DNA from: the human T2T-CHM13v2.0 reference genome, Homo sapiens
DNA: 64,000 bases
Strand: one strand, 5' to 3'
Assembly (NCBI RefSeq): GCF_009914755.1
Contig: NC_060930.1
Notes under the pieces: generated by a model
What the model was told of the DNA's origin: nothing
Databases searched by the model: none
What the model saw: only the letters and a program-made list of their open reading frames with translations
Made by a program: the position numbers and the translations under genes
In this document: positions 31,296 to 43,965 of the stretch, one piece after another
Layout of the letters: each line of letters opens with the position of its first letter
Position numbering within the stretch: the first letter of the stretch is position 1

Positions 31296-31974
31296 AATGA
31301 AGGCAACTGTGCATTTGTGAGTCTGCAGTCAAACATAAGAAGGAAGAGGCCAAAAGATAAATAAGGTGGAGAAAATAAAACCAGAAAAGAAACTCTCTTA
31401 AACTATCAAAGGGATTTAGATGGTTTGTGTGGAGAAAGGATACCAAATACCTACAACAAGCTTTCTCATACTAAATGTGATTCAGTAGCATCAAGGTATT
31501 CATGGAAGTGACTCAGTACACTGATATGGATGCTATGTAACTGTGCTGTAGACTGTACTTGGAGTTTCTGACTACTTGCTCTGTCTTTCAAAGTCCATGG
31601 TTTTCATTTCAAAACAGCAATGCTTTCCCATCATCCCCTTAGTTGTTACTATGGGCAGTTTGTAACAAGAGATGCTTTTCCAAATATCTGAAATTAGGAA
31701 CAGCATAGCATTGTAAGAGATAGGAAGTCAGTCTCCTCAGAATATGGGGTACGTATCCAGTTGTACACGCTAATTGCAGGTGTCCCATTACTGCCAGTGT
31801 GCAGGGTCATGTGCTTCGTGAAGAGAGATGCACAGGGAGATGTAACTGAAAAAGATTCATAACCAGCTTTGATTTTTGTCTGCTCCCTGCATTTCCCCCA
31901 ACCCACAAACATTAAGCCCAAAACAGAGAATTGCTCTCAGTATTCCTGCTCCAGAACCATGCAACATAATCAGT

Positions 31975-33267
31975 ACTTCTTACTTTCTTGAATTTATTTT
32001 TATTTCAATGGTTTTAATGAATATTTCCTAGAAAGTTCACAATACTCATTTTTATGTTTCAATTTATATTCAAATTTACTCAAAGATAATATCACCCGGT
32101 ATTATTAGAGAAGTCTCTCTAAATACTAGAACTGACATTTCAGATCCATTTGTAATAATACTGCCCCCATAAAATATGCATAGGTTACAGAAGTTTATCT
32201 TGAATAGTCCTCCTGCTCCTCATCCCTGACTTTGATATATTACATCTTGCAATTTCTGGCAATCAATTCTAAGACAATAGACAAAATTTCAGCCACTTCA
32301 ACTTCTAAAATAACCACTAAAAAATACACCAAAAAATAATGTGGGTAAGCAAAGCACCATGAATAAAAGGAAAATGGGTATTTCATTAACCTAAAATTAT
32401 CTTAATATTCTTAGGATCACAATATTTCCTTGGGCAATTTGAAAGTGATCTGAAAATTATAAAGGTAGATTATGATACATGTATCAACCTATTCTTATCA
32501 CTGCAATTTAGACATCAGGACAAAAAAAATAGCTTACAATTTCTCAATAGTTGAGTAACACCATGCTGGTTTTTACTATAACTGATGACAGGTAAAGTGT
32601 GGTAAACTGGATGCATGTAACAAACATGGGAGGTCGTAATATGTTTCCAGGATATGGCATCTTGCCATTGGCCACAGCCTCTTGGAACCAGATAAAGTCA
32701 CTGAAATAGTTAACAGATGTTAGCCATACTTGAAATATAAAAGTTCTATTGCTAAAATTATGTAGGGTCAGATGGAGATTTGGCTTTTGGTCCATAACAT
32801 AACTGACTTGGCAAATGAGTAGTTGAGATCCAGAGGCATAATGTATAATATTGAGGCCACACACTCTGCATACTATGCAGGAGCTCATAAACTACTGACA
32901 ATATGTACACAGTGTTAAGCCTGCTTGATTAAGTATTAACACAGTATTTGATACTTGGGGAAATACGAAGTCAATTTTCCCATCTACTAAATTAAAAAGT
33001 TATTTCTATGAGAGCAAAAGAAACTTTTTTCCAAGTTCAAAATTATGACAAGTTTTATTATTTATCCTCAGCTTGCAATTTACCTGATGACTGATATTGC
33101 ATTTTGTTGACTTAATCTATCCAGTTATAATCTTTTTGAAAAGGATCTCTTTTTTCCCACTCTTGTCCATTACTTCACATATCAGAGCAAGTTGGCATTA
33201 ATGATTTTCAGATGAGTATTGTAGCTGAAATTGATCTTCTCAACGGTACGTCATAAATCCATTCAAG
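31975..33267 (-). other. HMGCLL1: HMGCLL1 3'UTR (~1.3 kb; exact cleavage site approximate)
   Basis: Sequence with no recognisable repeat between the stop codon and the tandem AATAAA signals. Confidence 0.8.
31993..32004 (-). terminator. HMGCLL1: Tandem AATAAA polyadenylation signals of HMGCLL1 (with an ATTAAA just upstream, ~32013-32018)
   Basis: Plus-strand tttatt at 31993-31998 and 31999-32004, ~1.27 kb downstream of the stop codon. Confidence 0.75.
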
Positions 33268-33369
33268 TCAAGCATTGAAGGAGGCTTGTGCTACTTTAGA
33301 GTTTGTGGTTTTATTCACAGCTTTGCAAATAAAGTCACCAGCTTCCATCACTTTGTATAGATTCACACC
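33268..33369 (-). CDS. HMGCLL1: HMG-CoA lyase-like 1, terminal coding exon: [33 protein letters not shown]
   Basis: Acceptor ttccttcatttcgtcaccag precedes 33369 and the exon joins the upstream exon in phase 0. The peptide is homologous to the HMGCL C-terminus ([29 protein letters not shown]..) but ends in -FNA, as HMGCLL1 does. TGA at 33268-33270. Confidence 0.96.
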   Translation of the reverse strand, partial: GVNLYKVMEAGDFICKAVNKTTNSKVAQASFNA

Positions 33370-36300
33370 CTGGTGACGAAATGAAGGAATATCAGGAAGG
33401 CAGAGGGATTAGAGAGAAAAAAGATAAAACATAGCCTTTTAAATTTTATTAGTAGTTACTTAACCATTTAAAATTACTAAACAAAGTGGTGTTGGTCATT
33501 ATCAATTTTGGGGCAACATTTGTTTCCATGAATAATGTTGTTAACATTTTAGATTTGTCTGCTTTATTACAGCATATCTTTAATCTGACCCTTGTATAAT
33601 AATATAGGTAGACACACTTGAAAAACATCATAATTCAGGCTGGTATCTAGAGTCTAGGAAGGACAATAATGGAACTAGAAAAGCAGTCAACAAAGCATCA
33701 GCGAAGGACAATCAAAATAATGTTTTGGAGCAGTTTATAGATAAGAACTGACTTAGAAAAAAAACTATCCTCTTTGCTATATAAAGAAACAAACTTGAAA
33801 AAGCCATAAGGATTACAGAAAAGGTGTATGCATATATATACATATATATTTTTTAAACCAAGGCCAGAAATACTATTACTAGTATGATATTGAAGGAGGT
33901 AGTTGCAAGTGAAATAAAATGAAGTGGTATTTAGTACACATCTGGAACTTGTTCGCCTGAGAGGTTGTACTGTCTGAAAGTATAAATAGGATCAACAAAA
34001 GCTCAGGTAAATCCATGGATGACAGATATGCAGCTGGGTATAAAGGGCAAGTTCAGGACATGCTCTTGGCTTTAGTGTAAGGAAAGGGTCACTATCAAAG
34101 TTTCCACCCAGCACTTTTGTTGTCACCGGAGGAGGCAAAGCATTAAGTGGATTAAGCACAAACTTGCCCTTATGTGGCATTTCATAAGCTTCTATGTTCC
34201 CCCTCAATATGGACTAGAAACAATGTGGGCTTAAAATTGAAAATATTCAGTTTTCCTTGCTATTATAAAGTACTTTTTAATATCTATGAAAACTTGTCAC
34301 TTTCATAAAATAGACAAGTATAAAAACTCATAGGGGCTTTTCATAACAATGAATATCATTTTAGAAATTGGAGACATTTCGATATAGCTAATTACTTATC
34401 TCTTTAAGAATTAAAAATATTTTGTAAAGTGATACTTGTAAATTATTTTCATGATGTCTTTTTATTACAAAGTTGTTTTCAGGATACTAACATTTGCTTT
34501 GGTTTGAGAAAGTTGGTTTTGTCGTGGTAACGGCTTTACGTGGAGTATCTGTTTAACATCCTTAATCCAATGATACTTAAATTCTGTAAACAATTAACTT
34601 CAGGTGCCTTTCACTTATAAATTACATCCAGCAAGGGTTGACAGAAAGATTTTTGTCATTAATGTCTTTCTTCTCTTTTCAGTAAGTCCATTTGTCACAA
34701 TTATACAGTAGAATTTGTTGATATCGCACCAAAGAAGAATTTTGTTTTGGCTTTTCTCTACCATTTTATTTAACCAGTAGATATCATTATGAAACAACAC
34801 TGCATGTATTCTTAAATCATTTGTCGGGTGCTTAAATATGTCTCGTATACTATGATAGATTCTGGAGTTTCAAGAACCTCACGTAGAATGTGGTTTCTGC
34901 CTTCAAGTTCAAGCAAGCAATGTGGACTCACAACAGAAAATTCTGTACCATAGTTAAAGCCACAAATAGAGATATGCCCAGGTTATTACGGAGGCAGAGA
35001 TATGAGGCCATCAACCCACTGAGGAAAAAAAAATGCAGAAAGGAATGTGTCAGGGAAAAGTGCCAAGAAGGGTAAAGCCTGACCTGAGGTTTATACAAAA
35101 TGTATAAAAGAGGATGGAGGATATATGGGGCACTGTATGCAGGCAGAGAGAAGAGCAGTCCAAGATATCTTAAATATCCATGGCATATATGGATAAAGGC
35201 AAAATATACCATTAACCCTGGAAAAGGTAATAATAGGCCAGATTATGTGATAGAGCACAGGCTTCCTTTCAGGAAATTAGAATCCACTGATCCTTGCTCA
35301 AGCAGACGTAGAGCCTATTCATACTTATATGTTAGGTGTAACCCTTTGATGGTAGCATGGAAGATAGATTTTAAAGGCAAGTCTGGAGCCAGCGACCAGT
35401 ATATAGGATGAACACCCAGGAAAGAGATGCAGACCTGCATCAATGTAGTCATAGCAGAGGTAGTAAGGGAAGGACAACCAAAATATTTTAAAGTCAGATT
35501 AGCAGCTCTTGGTAACTGATTGGACATGGAATCCATAGTGAGATTAAATTCTATAGAGAATCCTGGTTTGTTGCCTTGGGTGACTAGTTGAATTGTGGCA
35601 GCTACTCAATGTAGCAACCCTTGGATGTTGAAATTTTTAGGAATAAACTTGATTTATTTGCATTTGGACTCCAGAGTTATGGAACATAACTGGCATATAT
35701 TAAGCATCAGCTATCAGCTATGGAGTTCGATTCAGTCATCTAAATTTCTAAGAAAGGAGCTATTTACCCTCATTTATGTCATTAGCTTCTGATATAAATG
35801 ATTAAGATACGATGTAAATGAAATAACATTTATTTCTAACCAGAGAAAATAGGCAATAGCTTTTGGTGTTTATGGGCAACAGCTGTTGGTGTTTAGTGCC
35901 AAGTGAAATCAGTCTTTCAATAAATATTTATGGAGCATCTTTATGCCACAGGCACCAAGTATAAAGTATGAATAAGCTGTCATAATTGCTCTGTGGTTGC
36001 ATGGGAAGATAGACACATAAACAAGATAATTATATAACCTTGTGGTAAGTTCAGAGGAAAACATGAAAACACTAAGGAATGGGACCTAACAGTTTGACCT
36101 GGGGGATAGGCAGGGAGATGCCAGACGGCTTATTTTTAGGATGGTGGTGTCTTACTTTCCAGGCCAAATGGAATACGAGGCATAAGGCCATTTCACATGG
36201 TAGTGAAAACCTGAGCAAGGAGTAGAAGTGAGGAATAAAATGGTACAGAACTGTAAACTAGAAGCAAGTTTAATGCAGCCGGAGCATTAATGTAAGTAGA

Positions 36301-37039
36301 ATGAGGAAAAAGGAGGAATAGGAGCAGCAGAGAGTAAAAAAATTCATTTTACAATACAGATGATTATTTTACATCTCAGAAATTCTAAATGTCTAATCAT
36401 CTGTGATTTTTATTTTTTTCCTAAATAAATCGGTTCTATAGACTAACAGGTTGTGTTAACAATCATAGGGCAAAACAAGGTGCTGAATTTGGTGGATGTG
36501 GTTACATAGCACGTGACTTTTCCGGTACAACTTGCAAAGAGACTATTCTTGCCATCCAGTGTCTCATATGCTAAGTGTTATGAAGCTCCCCTCTTTCACT
36601 GATCATTTAAAAAGTGCCCTGGGAGTTCTTCCAGAAGCTACAGTTGTCACTGAGACAATCAAGATCTCCATTTTCTCCAAGAAAAACATCCATACAAAAA
36701 ACAAAACTGCAAAACTCAACAATCGTAACAGCAAAGACACAGGCTCCAACTCACAAAGTGTATAAAATCAAATCAGATAATACATGAAAAAGTTCTTTAG
36801 AGGTCATGAAGCACTATAAAAATGTGAAATGGTAGCATTATTGGTGATTGAGCTATAGCAATGAGTTACTTTATAAAGACCCCAAAAGAATTTTTATTGC
36901 ATTTTCCCACTGTGCATTTTAGCAAATAGCAAAAGTGTAGTAAAACTTTGACCTCAAAATTGCTTCCCACATCTTAGAAGCTTTGCAATTTGGAGCTGCA
37001 AGGAATGCATGAATATTAAAATACGTTAAAGTAACTTAC
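33370..37039 (-). other. HMGCLL1: HMGCLL1 last intron (3670 bp, GT-AG)
   Basis: Bounded by the splice sites of the two coding exons. Confidence 0.93.
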
Positions 37040-37165
37040 TGTATTGAGCCCCAGGCCATTAAGCATATATATCAAATCCTCAGTGGCTACATTCCCAGAA
37101 GCACCTTTTGCATAAGGGCAGCCACCTAATCCGGATACTGCGGAGTCCACCACATTAATTCCCAT
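37040..37165 (-). CDS. HMGCLL1: HMG-CoA lyase-like 1, penultimate coding exon (126 nt, phase 0/0): [42 protein letters not shown]
   Basis: Hand translation of the minus strand gives the HMG-CoA lyase active-site signature GLGGCPY followed by [10 protein letters not shown]. Flanked by acceptor ttttccag (37166-37173) and donor gtaagt (37034-37039). Confidence 0.97.
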
Positions 37166-38589
37166 CTGGAAAACAAACCAAACCACCTAAAGCTTGTGTG
37201 TTTATGGCATGTAAATTGTTGCATTTCTATTTAACCTATGGTAAACTGCAAATAAGCAAAATCTGAACTGGTTATTCAAATATATTCACTTACCCAGTGG
37301 CCTCTAGAATGGTCCCCAGGGTGCTTATTTCTTTTATGTCTAATCTCGTCTTTGAGGCTAACAGAAATTCTGCTAAGGCTCTCTGGAGCTAGAATAATCT
37401 TTGATCAAAAGTAAAATGGTGTTGTTCGTTGGTAACAGCTCAACTGTAGGTGGTGAAGCTTAGAGTAAGGTTAATTTACTCCAGATTTTCACATATTATC
37501 CAATTCTCTAACTTTATTCTAAAAGCATTTTATAAGCAACATGAAATATTTTCAACATTCTACTTCAACATCAAAATGCCTTAGATGACTGGTATGTGAG
37601 GGCAGGGGAGAGAGAAGTCACTGGGTTTGAAATAGGGTTTTGTGGGCTCACTTTACCCATTCAACTCACCAAATCTTTATTGAGACATTCATTGTTTTGC
37701 ACACAAAACTCCACTACTTTGGGAGAAGGAAGAAATATTTAAGAGACAAAACACTTGCCACCAGCAGTAACGCCAGCTTACATTATTGGTTCCTCACTAA
37801 GTGCTGGATGCTGTTATTAACAAATTATGTGTATTAATTCACAATTCTCCCCAAAATCCATGAAGTAGATACTCTTGTATCATCCCCAGTTCTCAGAAAG
37901 AAAACTCAGGTACAGAGGGAATAAACAATTTACCCAAGGTCACTATCTGGTAGGTGAAATCTTCTGTCTCCAGGGAATCTACACTCTGCTTTGATTTATA
38001 GCCTCTGGAAACATGAGATTTGGTACATGATTATGCACTTGGGGATATCAGAGGTGGAAGAGCTCTCTGTGTACCGGAGAAGTTATGGAAGACATGAGTA
38101 CAACAGGGTCTGAGAAGGGCCCCGGAGTTCAAATGTTAATAATATGAGAAGAACAGAGGCAGGCATGCCATTCCTCTGTGAAAGGTAACAATTCGGTAAT
38201 CAGAAGATACAGTAAAGCCTAATCCGATTCTTCACTCTTGGGCATTAAAGAAAAAGTAACATGATCACATTTAAAATGAGAAGCACCTGGAAGCAGAGCT
38301 CTTTCCAACCAACTATATCATGGTTCTCAATCACAGGTTACTGCTACATTCCCTGAGTTTTTGACTCAGAAGGTCTGGGCTGCGACTTGAGAATTTTAAA
38401 TTTTGACAAGATTCTGACAGCTGCTGCTCATGTGGGAATCTCTTTCTCCCTTCCTTCCTGCCTTCCTTCCCTTCTTTACTTTTTTGATAAACTTTTAATT
38501 TTAAAATAGTTTTTGATTTTCACAAAATTTGTGAAGATAAAACAGAATTCCTATATATTGCACACTCAGTTTTCTCTATGGTTAACATC

Positions 38590-39046
38590 TGTTACAGAAA
38601 ACATTATTCAATGATACTTATTAAAGCACAGCAAGGATGAATTTATTTAGGAACATTGCAGTAGGTACAGGGACCACATGCAATGCAGGAGAGAGAGACT
38701 GTGCTGAAATCCAAATACAGCATGGGCAAGTGAGAATTTATAGCCAAGGAGTGGGGTGGGGGTCAGTGGATTAAAAATTACTAGGAGAAAACATCAGGAG
38801 TGAAAGGAATTCTGGCTAAACTGACCTACCAGGATTTTTGCAGAAGACAGGATAGGGTGATCAGACATGACCTTCGGGTTGGTAGAGGAGGAGAGACCTA
38901 ATCAGATCGGGCATTTGGATATTGACTATAGGGGTTCTTGTTAAGCTAATTTAGTAGGAATTGCTAAAACTGGATTTTACAAGGAAATGAAGAGGTGGGC
39001 TTAGGAGAAGTTTTAGAAATCTGACTGAAGTTTGGCTTCTTTGTCA
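38590..39046 (-). mobile_element. MER31-like ERV1 solo LTR
   Basis: tgttacagaaaacattattcaatga...gggggtcagtggattaaaaattact...ctttgtca; 4-bp TSD catc / gatc. Confidence 0.8.
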
Positions 39047-39287
39047 GATCTTATTATGGTATATTTGTCATAACTAAAGAACACATGTTGGCAAGTTTTT
39101 ATTAAAATCCATGCAATATTTAGATTTCTTTAGACTTTTAAAATGACATTTCTAAAGACATTTTTAAACTGGTGTCTTTTATCTGTTCTGGGAGCTCACC
39201 AGTATACCACATTAGTAGTCAGGTATCCTTAGCCTCCTATGGGCTGTGACAGTTTCTCCGAACTATTTTGAGTAGTATAAGTCATGT

Positions 39288-39564
39288 TTTTGTTTTGTTT
39301 TATTTTGTTTTTTTGAGATGGAGTCTTGCTCGGTTAGCCAGGCTGGAGTGCAGTGGTGTTATCTCGGCCCACTGCAACCTCTGCTTCCTGGGTTCAAGCG
39401 ATTCTCTTGCCTCAGCCTCCTGAGTAGCTGGGATTATAGGTGCGCACAATCACACCTGGCTAATTTTTGTGTTTTTAGTAGAGACAGGGTTTCACTATGT
39501 TGGCCAGGCTGGCCTCAAACTCCTAACCTCAAGTGATCCCCCCTCCTCAGCCTCCCAAAGTGCT
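39288..39564 (-). mobile_element. 5'-truncated AluS (lacks ~30 nt including the A box)
   Basis: Alu stops at cctcccaaagtgct; TSD gtcatgt at 39281-39287 and 39566-39572. Confidence 0.9.
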
Positions 39565-42500
39565 CGTCATGTATTTTGTACATTGTCCTTCAACTTGGGT
39601 TTGTCTAAGTTTTTCTCCTGTTAAGACTGGAGTTATAGAGTTTTGGGAGAAGACCACAGAGGTAAAGTGTCATCCTGAAAGCATTATATCAAGGATATAT
39701 AATATCAATATAAATTATGACGGCTGGTATTAACTTTTCTTGTCTGGCTGAGGTGGTGTCTGCCAGGTATCTGCACTATAAAGTCTCCCCACAGTCTTTC
39801 TGTATTGTACGTTTTGGAAAAATGTCACTATGCGTAGCTCACACTTAAAGAATGGGGAGTATCTACACAAAAATTTTGAATTCTTCTGTATGGAAAATTT
39901 GTCCATTCTCATTTATTTACTTATTCTAACATGTATTTATATTAGGGAGGACTCATAGCTAATTATAGGTAATTATTTTGCACTTTGGGTTATAACGTAA
40001 TACCAATTTATGTCTTTTGTTGCTCAAACTGTTCAACATTTGGCCATTGGGAGCTCTCTCACTTGGCTCCTGTGTCCTTTAGGCATGCCAAAGGGACTGT
40101 GGGTTTTCAACCACTTGCCTAGAGTTTCCTTTGCAAGACTGAAAAGGATACTTACAAAATCTCACAAAGGAAGAACTACAGTCCTTAAAAAGCCTTAGAA
40201 TTCTTTGGGACCTAAGGAAAGTTTACAAAGGATAGACTGTTTCTCTACCTCCATTTCTTCTTCTTATACTCTCCAACATGAGAAGGTCTCTATTGCTTTC
40301 TTTCCATTACCACAACATTTCTCACATAATGATCTGACAAGCTTAGTCATATTCAGCAGTAAAATACTGGTACCTTTAGGACAATTTTCATTTACTATGA
40401 ATCAAAGCAGTAAGAATGGGGAATTATACTTTAGAAGTGAAATTTGTGGCATTGTTCAGTACTTGGAAAAGACAAATATTAAGATGTTGACCCGTCTCTG
40501 GGAGTCTGCCATGATATAAACAGGCAGGGGCATTTCTTTACTTATAGGTTAAAACTGATCTATTCAGTGGATCTGAATGTATCAGTTTAGGAGTCAGAAA
40601 TTTCCATTATTCTCAATCCTGTCAACCCATTGGAATCACCTGGAGCCCTTTTCAAATGACTAATGTCTAAGCTTCTCCCTAAATTAATCAAACCAGAATC
40701 ATCTCTGTCCTAGAATCTCCTCTTATCCAGTGATTCTCAAATCCCTAAAGTAGAGTTTCTTATCTATCTCACCCTTTATCAATCCGGGGTATGGGTCAGC
40801 TTTAACTTTAGAGAAACTTTGTACCCTGGGGCAGCAAACAGTTAACCAGGACTGGTCAGCATTTCAAGAAAAGCAGGTTTTGAAAAAATACCCAAAAAAG
40901 TATAAAGTAGCAAAAGTCAGAGGAATCAGCCGGATAGATGAGAAATGGCTTCAGCCCGAAATGTGGATGATTCACTTCTGGGATCTGGAATCCACGTATC
41001 ATGTTCCTTTTCTCGCTACTGAGGATCAAGACCCTGCAACTACAGGAGTCCCAGAAGGGAAACTTGTTACCTTGTCAAAACAACAGTTTTTAGTCTTAAT
41101 TGGCCTTTTGGGAAAGAGTGAGGAAACAACAGTCATTCTTCTATTTTGTAACTAAAGGCCAATGTAACCTATTGCTTGGGCAAGAGTGAAAGATTTATTT
41201 ACAATAGAGAAACCAGTATTACCACAGAGGAACAATAAATGACCAATGTCACACTAGAGCAAATATAAATAACCAGTGAAGCCAAAAAAAAAAAAGTTCA
41301 ACCTCACATTAAATCAAAGATTGTGCGTGAAAACTGTAACACTGTATTTTATACTTTCAGACTGACAACAATTAAAAAAGAATACTGGCATTGAAATAGT
41401 ATAATATAGAGCTCAAATATATAAAACACTCTACAACTTCAACAACATGGACTAATTTCACAAACACAAGGTTGCTTGAAAAAAGTCAGGCTCAAAAGAA
41501 GACATACGTCATTTCATTTAGATAAAGTCCTAAAATAGACCACACTAATCAAAGCAGTGAGAGGTTAATAATTATCTTTGAAGTGTGAATATAAATAGAC
41601 ACAAGGAGAGCTTCGAGGGTGCTGGTAATAAATTTCTTGAACTGAGTTGATTACATTGATAGTATCAGTTTGTGAAAATTCATTGAGCTTATAATTTGTA
41701 CACATTTCCATATATACATTATAGTTCAATAAATATCAATGACAAAGGGAGTGTTATTGGAACTGAAGGTAAACAGTCAAACCTAAATGAGTAGGAATAT
41801 ACAGTTAATTGGAATTCTTTGGGTGAGCAATTATTTAGTAATAAGTCTTCACTCGTCAATATTCTTTGTCCCAACAGTTCCTTATCAAAGAGTCCTTTCT
41901 AGAAATATTTAACAAATCCTAGAAAATAACTAGATAAAAATAAATACATATGGGTGACGTATATTGTATCTTGGTTTTGTATAGGATATATAACACACAC
42001 ACATATATCTATATAAAGACTCATCACAGTATGTTTTTTAAGAATGAAAATTTGAGAACCATCCAAATGTCTCACAATGGAGAATAGCTTTATGGTGTAG
42101 CTAGAAAACAAAATGATGATGCTATTTAACTGCATGATTAAGGGAAAAACAGGTTAGAAGATGTTATAACAGTACATAGAGTCATGACACAATTTTCTAA
42201 AAGCAAAAAGGATTTGGGAGATATATAAAGTGCTAATGGTAATGATCATGGGTGCTATGATTACAGATAAATTATTTTACTTTAATTCTGTTTTCCAATG
42301 CCTCCACAATGAATGTTAATTACCTACCTAAGTAGAAAAAGTAAAATATAAAAGTTTTTGGAAATTTTAACCTGTAGTAAAATGACTGTAAATAAGTGAA
42401 AATGAATGTAAATAAATCCAAGACTGAATTTATTCATATTTTGCAATAATGGATCTTTCTAGGATCTAAGACTACAGGACTAATCTGCAAACATACTCTG

Positions 42501-43255
42501 GCGAAGGCAGACATAATCTGAGTAAAAGAGGACTTGTAAAATGGTCTTTCTGATTTTCTAGTACCAGATTAGCTCTAGACACAGATTCTCTTTCAGTAAG
42601 CTCTATTCACAAATTAATTGACTCAGTTCTAAATGCAATATGTGGATTTAAAGTTTAAGCAATTTTAAAGAGTTTATTCAAGGATATATGACCTATAAAG
42701 GAGAATATTAAGGCATCAATTCCCTTTAAAGTCTCTCTTTTTAAAAAAATCACAGTACTTTAAAAATATTTTAATACAATTTCCCCTAAATTCTCTACTT
42801 TATTAAGTGTGTAATTTTCTTCTCAGAAATAAAAATTTTCTCAATGATACTGTTATCCTTATACTAAATTATATGCTCGTTTTTCTAAACGAGCTGCTTT
42901 GGAAATTTCTAGTCATAATCTTCTAAGAAAATTTTATTTCACTATGTATGTTTTCTTCACATCTACTACCTTATTTCATCAGAAATAATTTTAATATGAT
43001 GTAAACAAGCTCTGAAAAAAACTAGGAAGAAAAACATTATTTCTTTTTATTATTAGTTCTTTATTATAAAGAGTGGAAAGACATTTTTACTTAACCATTG
43101 AAATCATATCATTGTGTGTTTGAAAATAATAGACAGGCCACTTAGCTAATTTTCCTATATGAGAGACTTTCGGCATTAAAGGATTACTCTTGGAAAGATG
43201 TTCCATTTCTCTCCTTTTCAAGCACAGTCACTACTTTCAGACTCAGGTTTCTGGT

Positions 43256-43301
43256 GTGCATGCATGTGTGTGTGTGTGACTGTATGTCTGTGTGTGTGTG
43301 T
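43256..43301 (+). repeat. Imperfect (TG)n microsatellite
   Basis: Directly visible. Confidence 0.85.
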
Positions 43302-43827
43302 AAGCACACAGCACAAACTTATGTTTGCACCATATATCACAAAAGCAAAACAGTTATTCTTTGTTTTGTCTATTTTTGATTTTTGTTTTTGAAGAAAAGT
43401 CCATTTTTAGATGAGTAACCACAAGGTGGCAATATAGCACCAAAATCCACCAGGTTAAAGTCAAACATTTACAACCCCACTCACTGTGTTGCAGTCCCTC
43501 AAAACTGTAAATAGTAAATAGTTTTATATTTATCAAACAAACGGGTTTTCTGCATTTAAAATAAGGACACTCTTACTAAAGGTGTAGAACACATGAAAAT
43601 GTGGTTCAATATATTCAGCATATTTGTATTTTTCCTTTGACTTAAAAGTGTTTATTAAGCACACTCTTTGTGCCAGGGACTTGGAATAAATAAAAGTCCT
43701 GTAGCTCACAGAATTTAGCATTATAAACTAAAGTGACTATATATTTTGGCTGTTATTGAGAAGTAGCTTATGACTATCTAATGAGAAGCAACTGTTATTA
43801 GTGCTCAGGGAACCAATGTTTTCTAAA

Positions 43828-43965
43828 TTATATACATATTTATATATTCATATATAACATATATAACATGTATATTTATAACATATTTATTTAAATATTT
43901 ATAACATACATAATATATAAATATATTTTTATATAACATATATAAATACATTTATATAATTATAA
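43828..43965. repeat. AT-rich (TA)n-like low-complexity tract
   Basis: ~135 bp almost devoid of G/C. Confidence 0.85.

Larger units (their letters stand above)
38480..40075 (-). mobile_element. L1MC-type 3' region, interrupted by a MER31 LTR and an Alu
   Basis: gttaacatc|ttattatggtatatttgtc continuity across the LTR; gaagaccacagaggtaaagtg and ttggccattgggagctct motifs. Confidence 0.8.

Noticed and set aside
32544-32888. 114-aa ORF with a kinase-like GKMPYPG string and exon-like splice signals (~32538-32700)
   Set aside because: It lies in the HMGCLL1 3'UTR, has no other kinase motifs, and the exon-like segment has stops in all three frames; probably chance.
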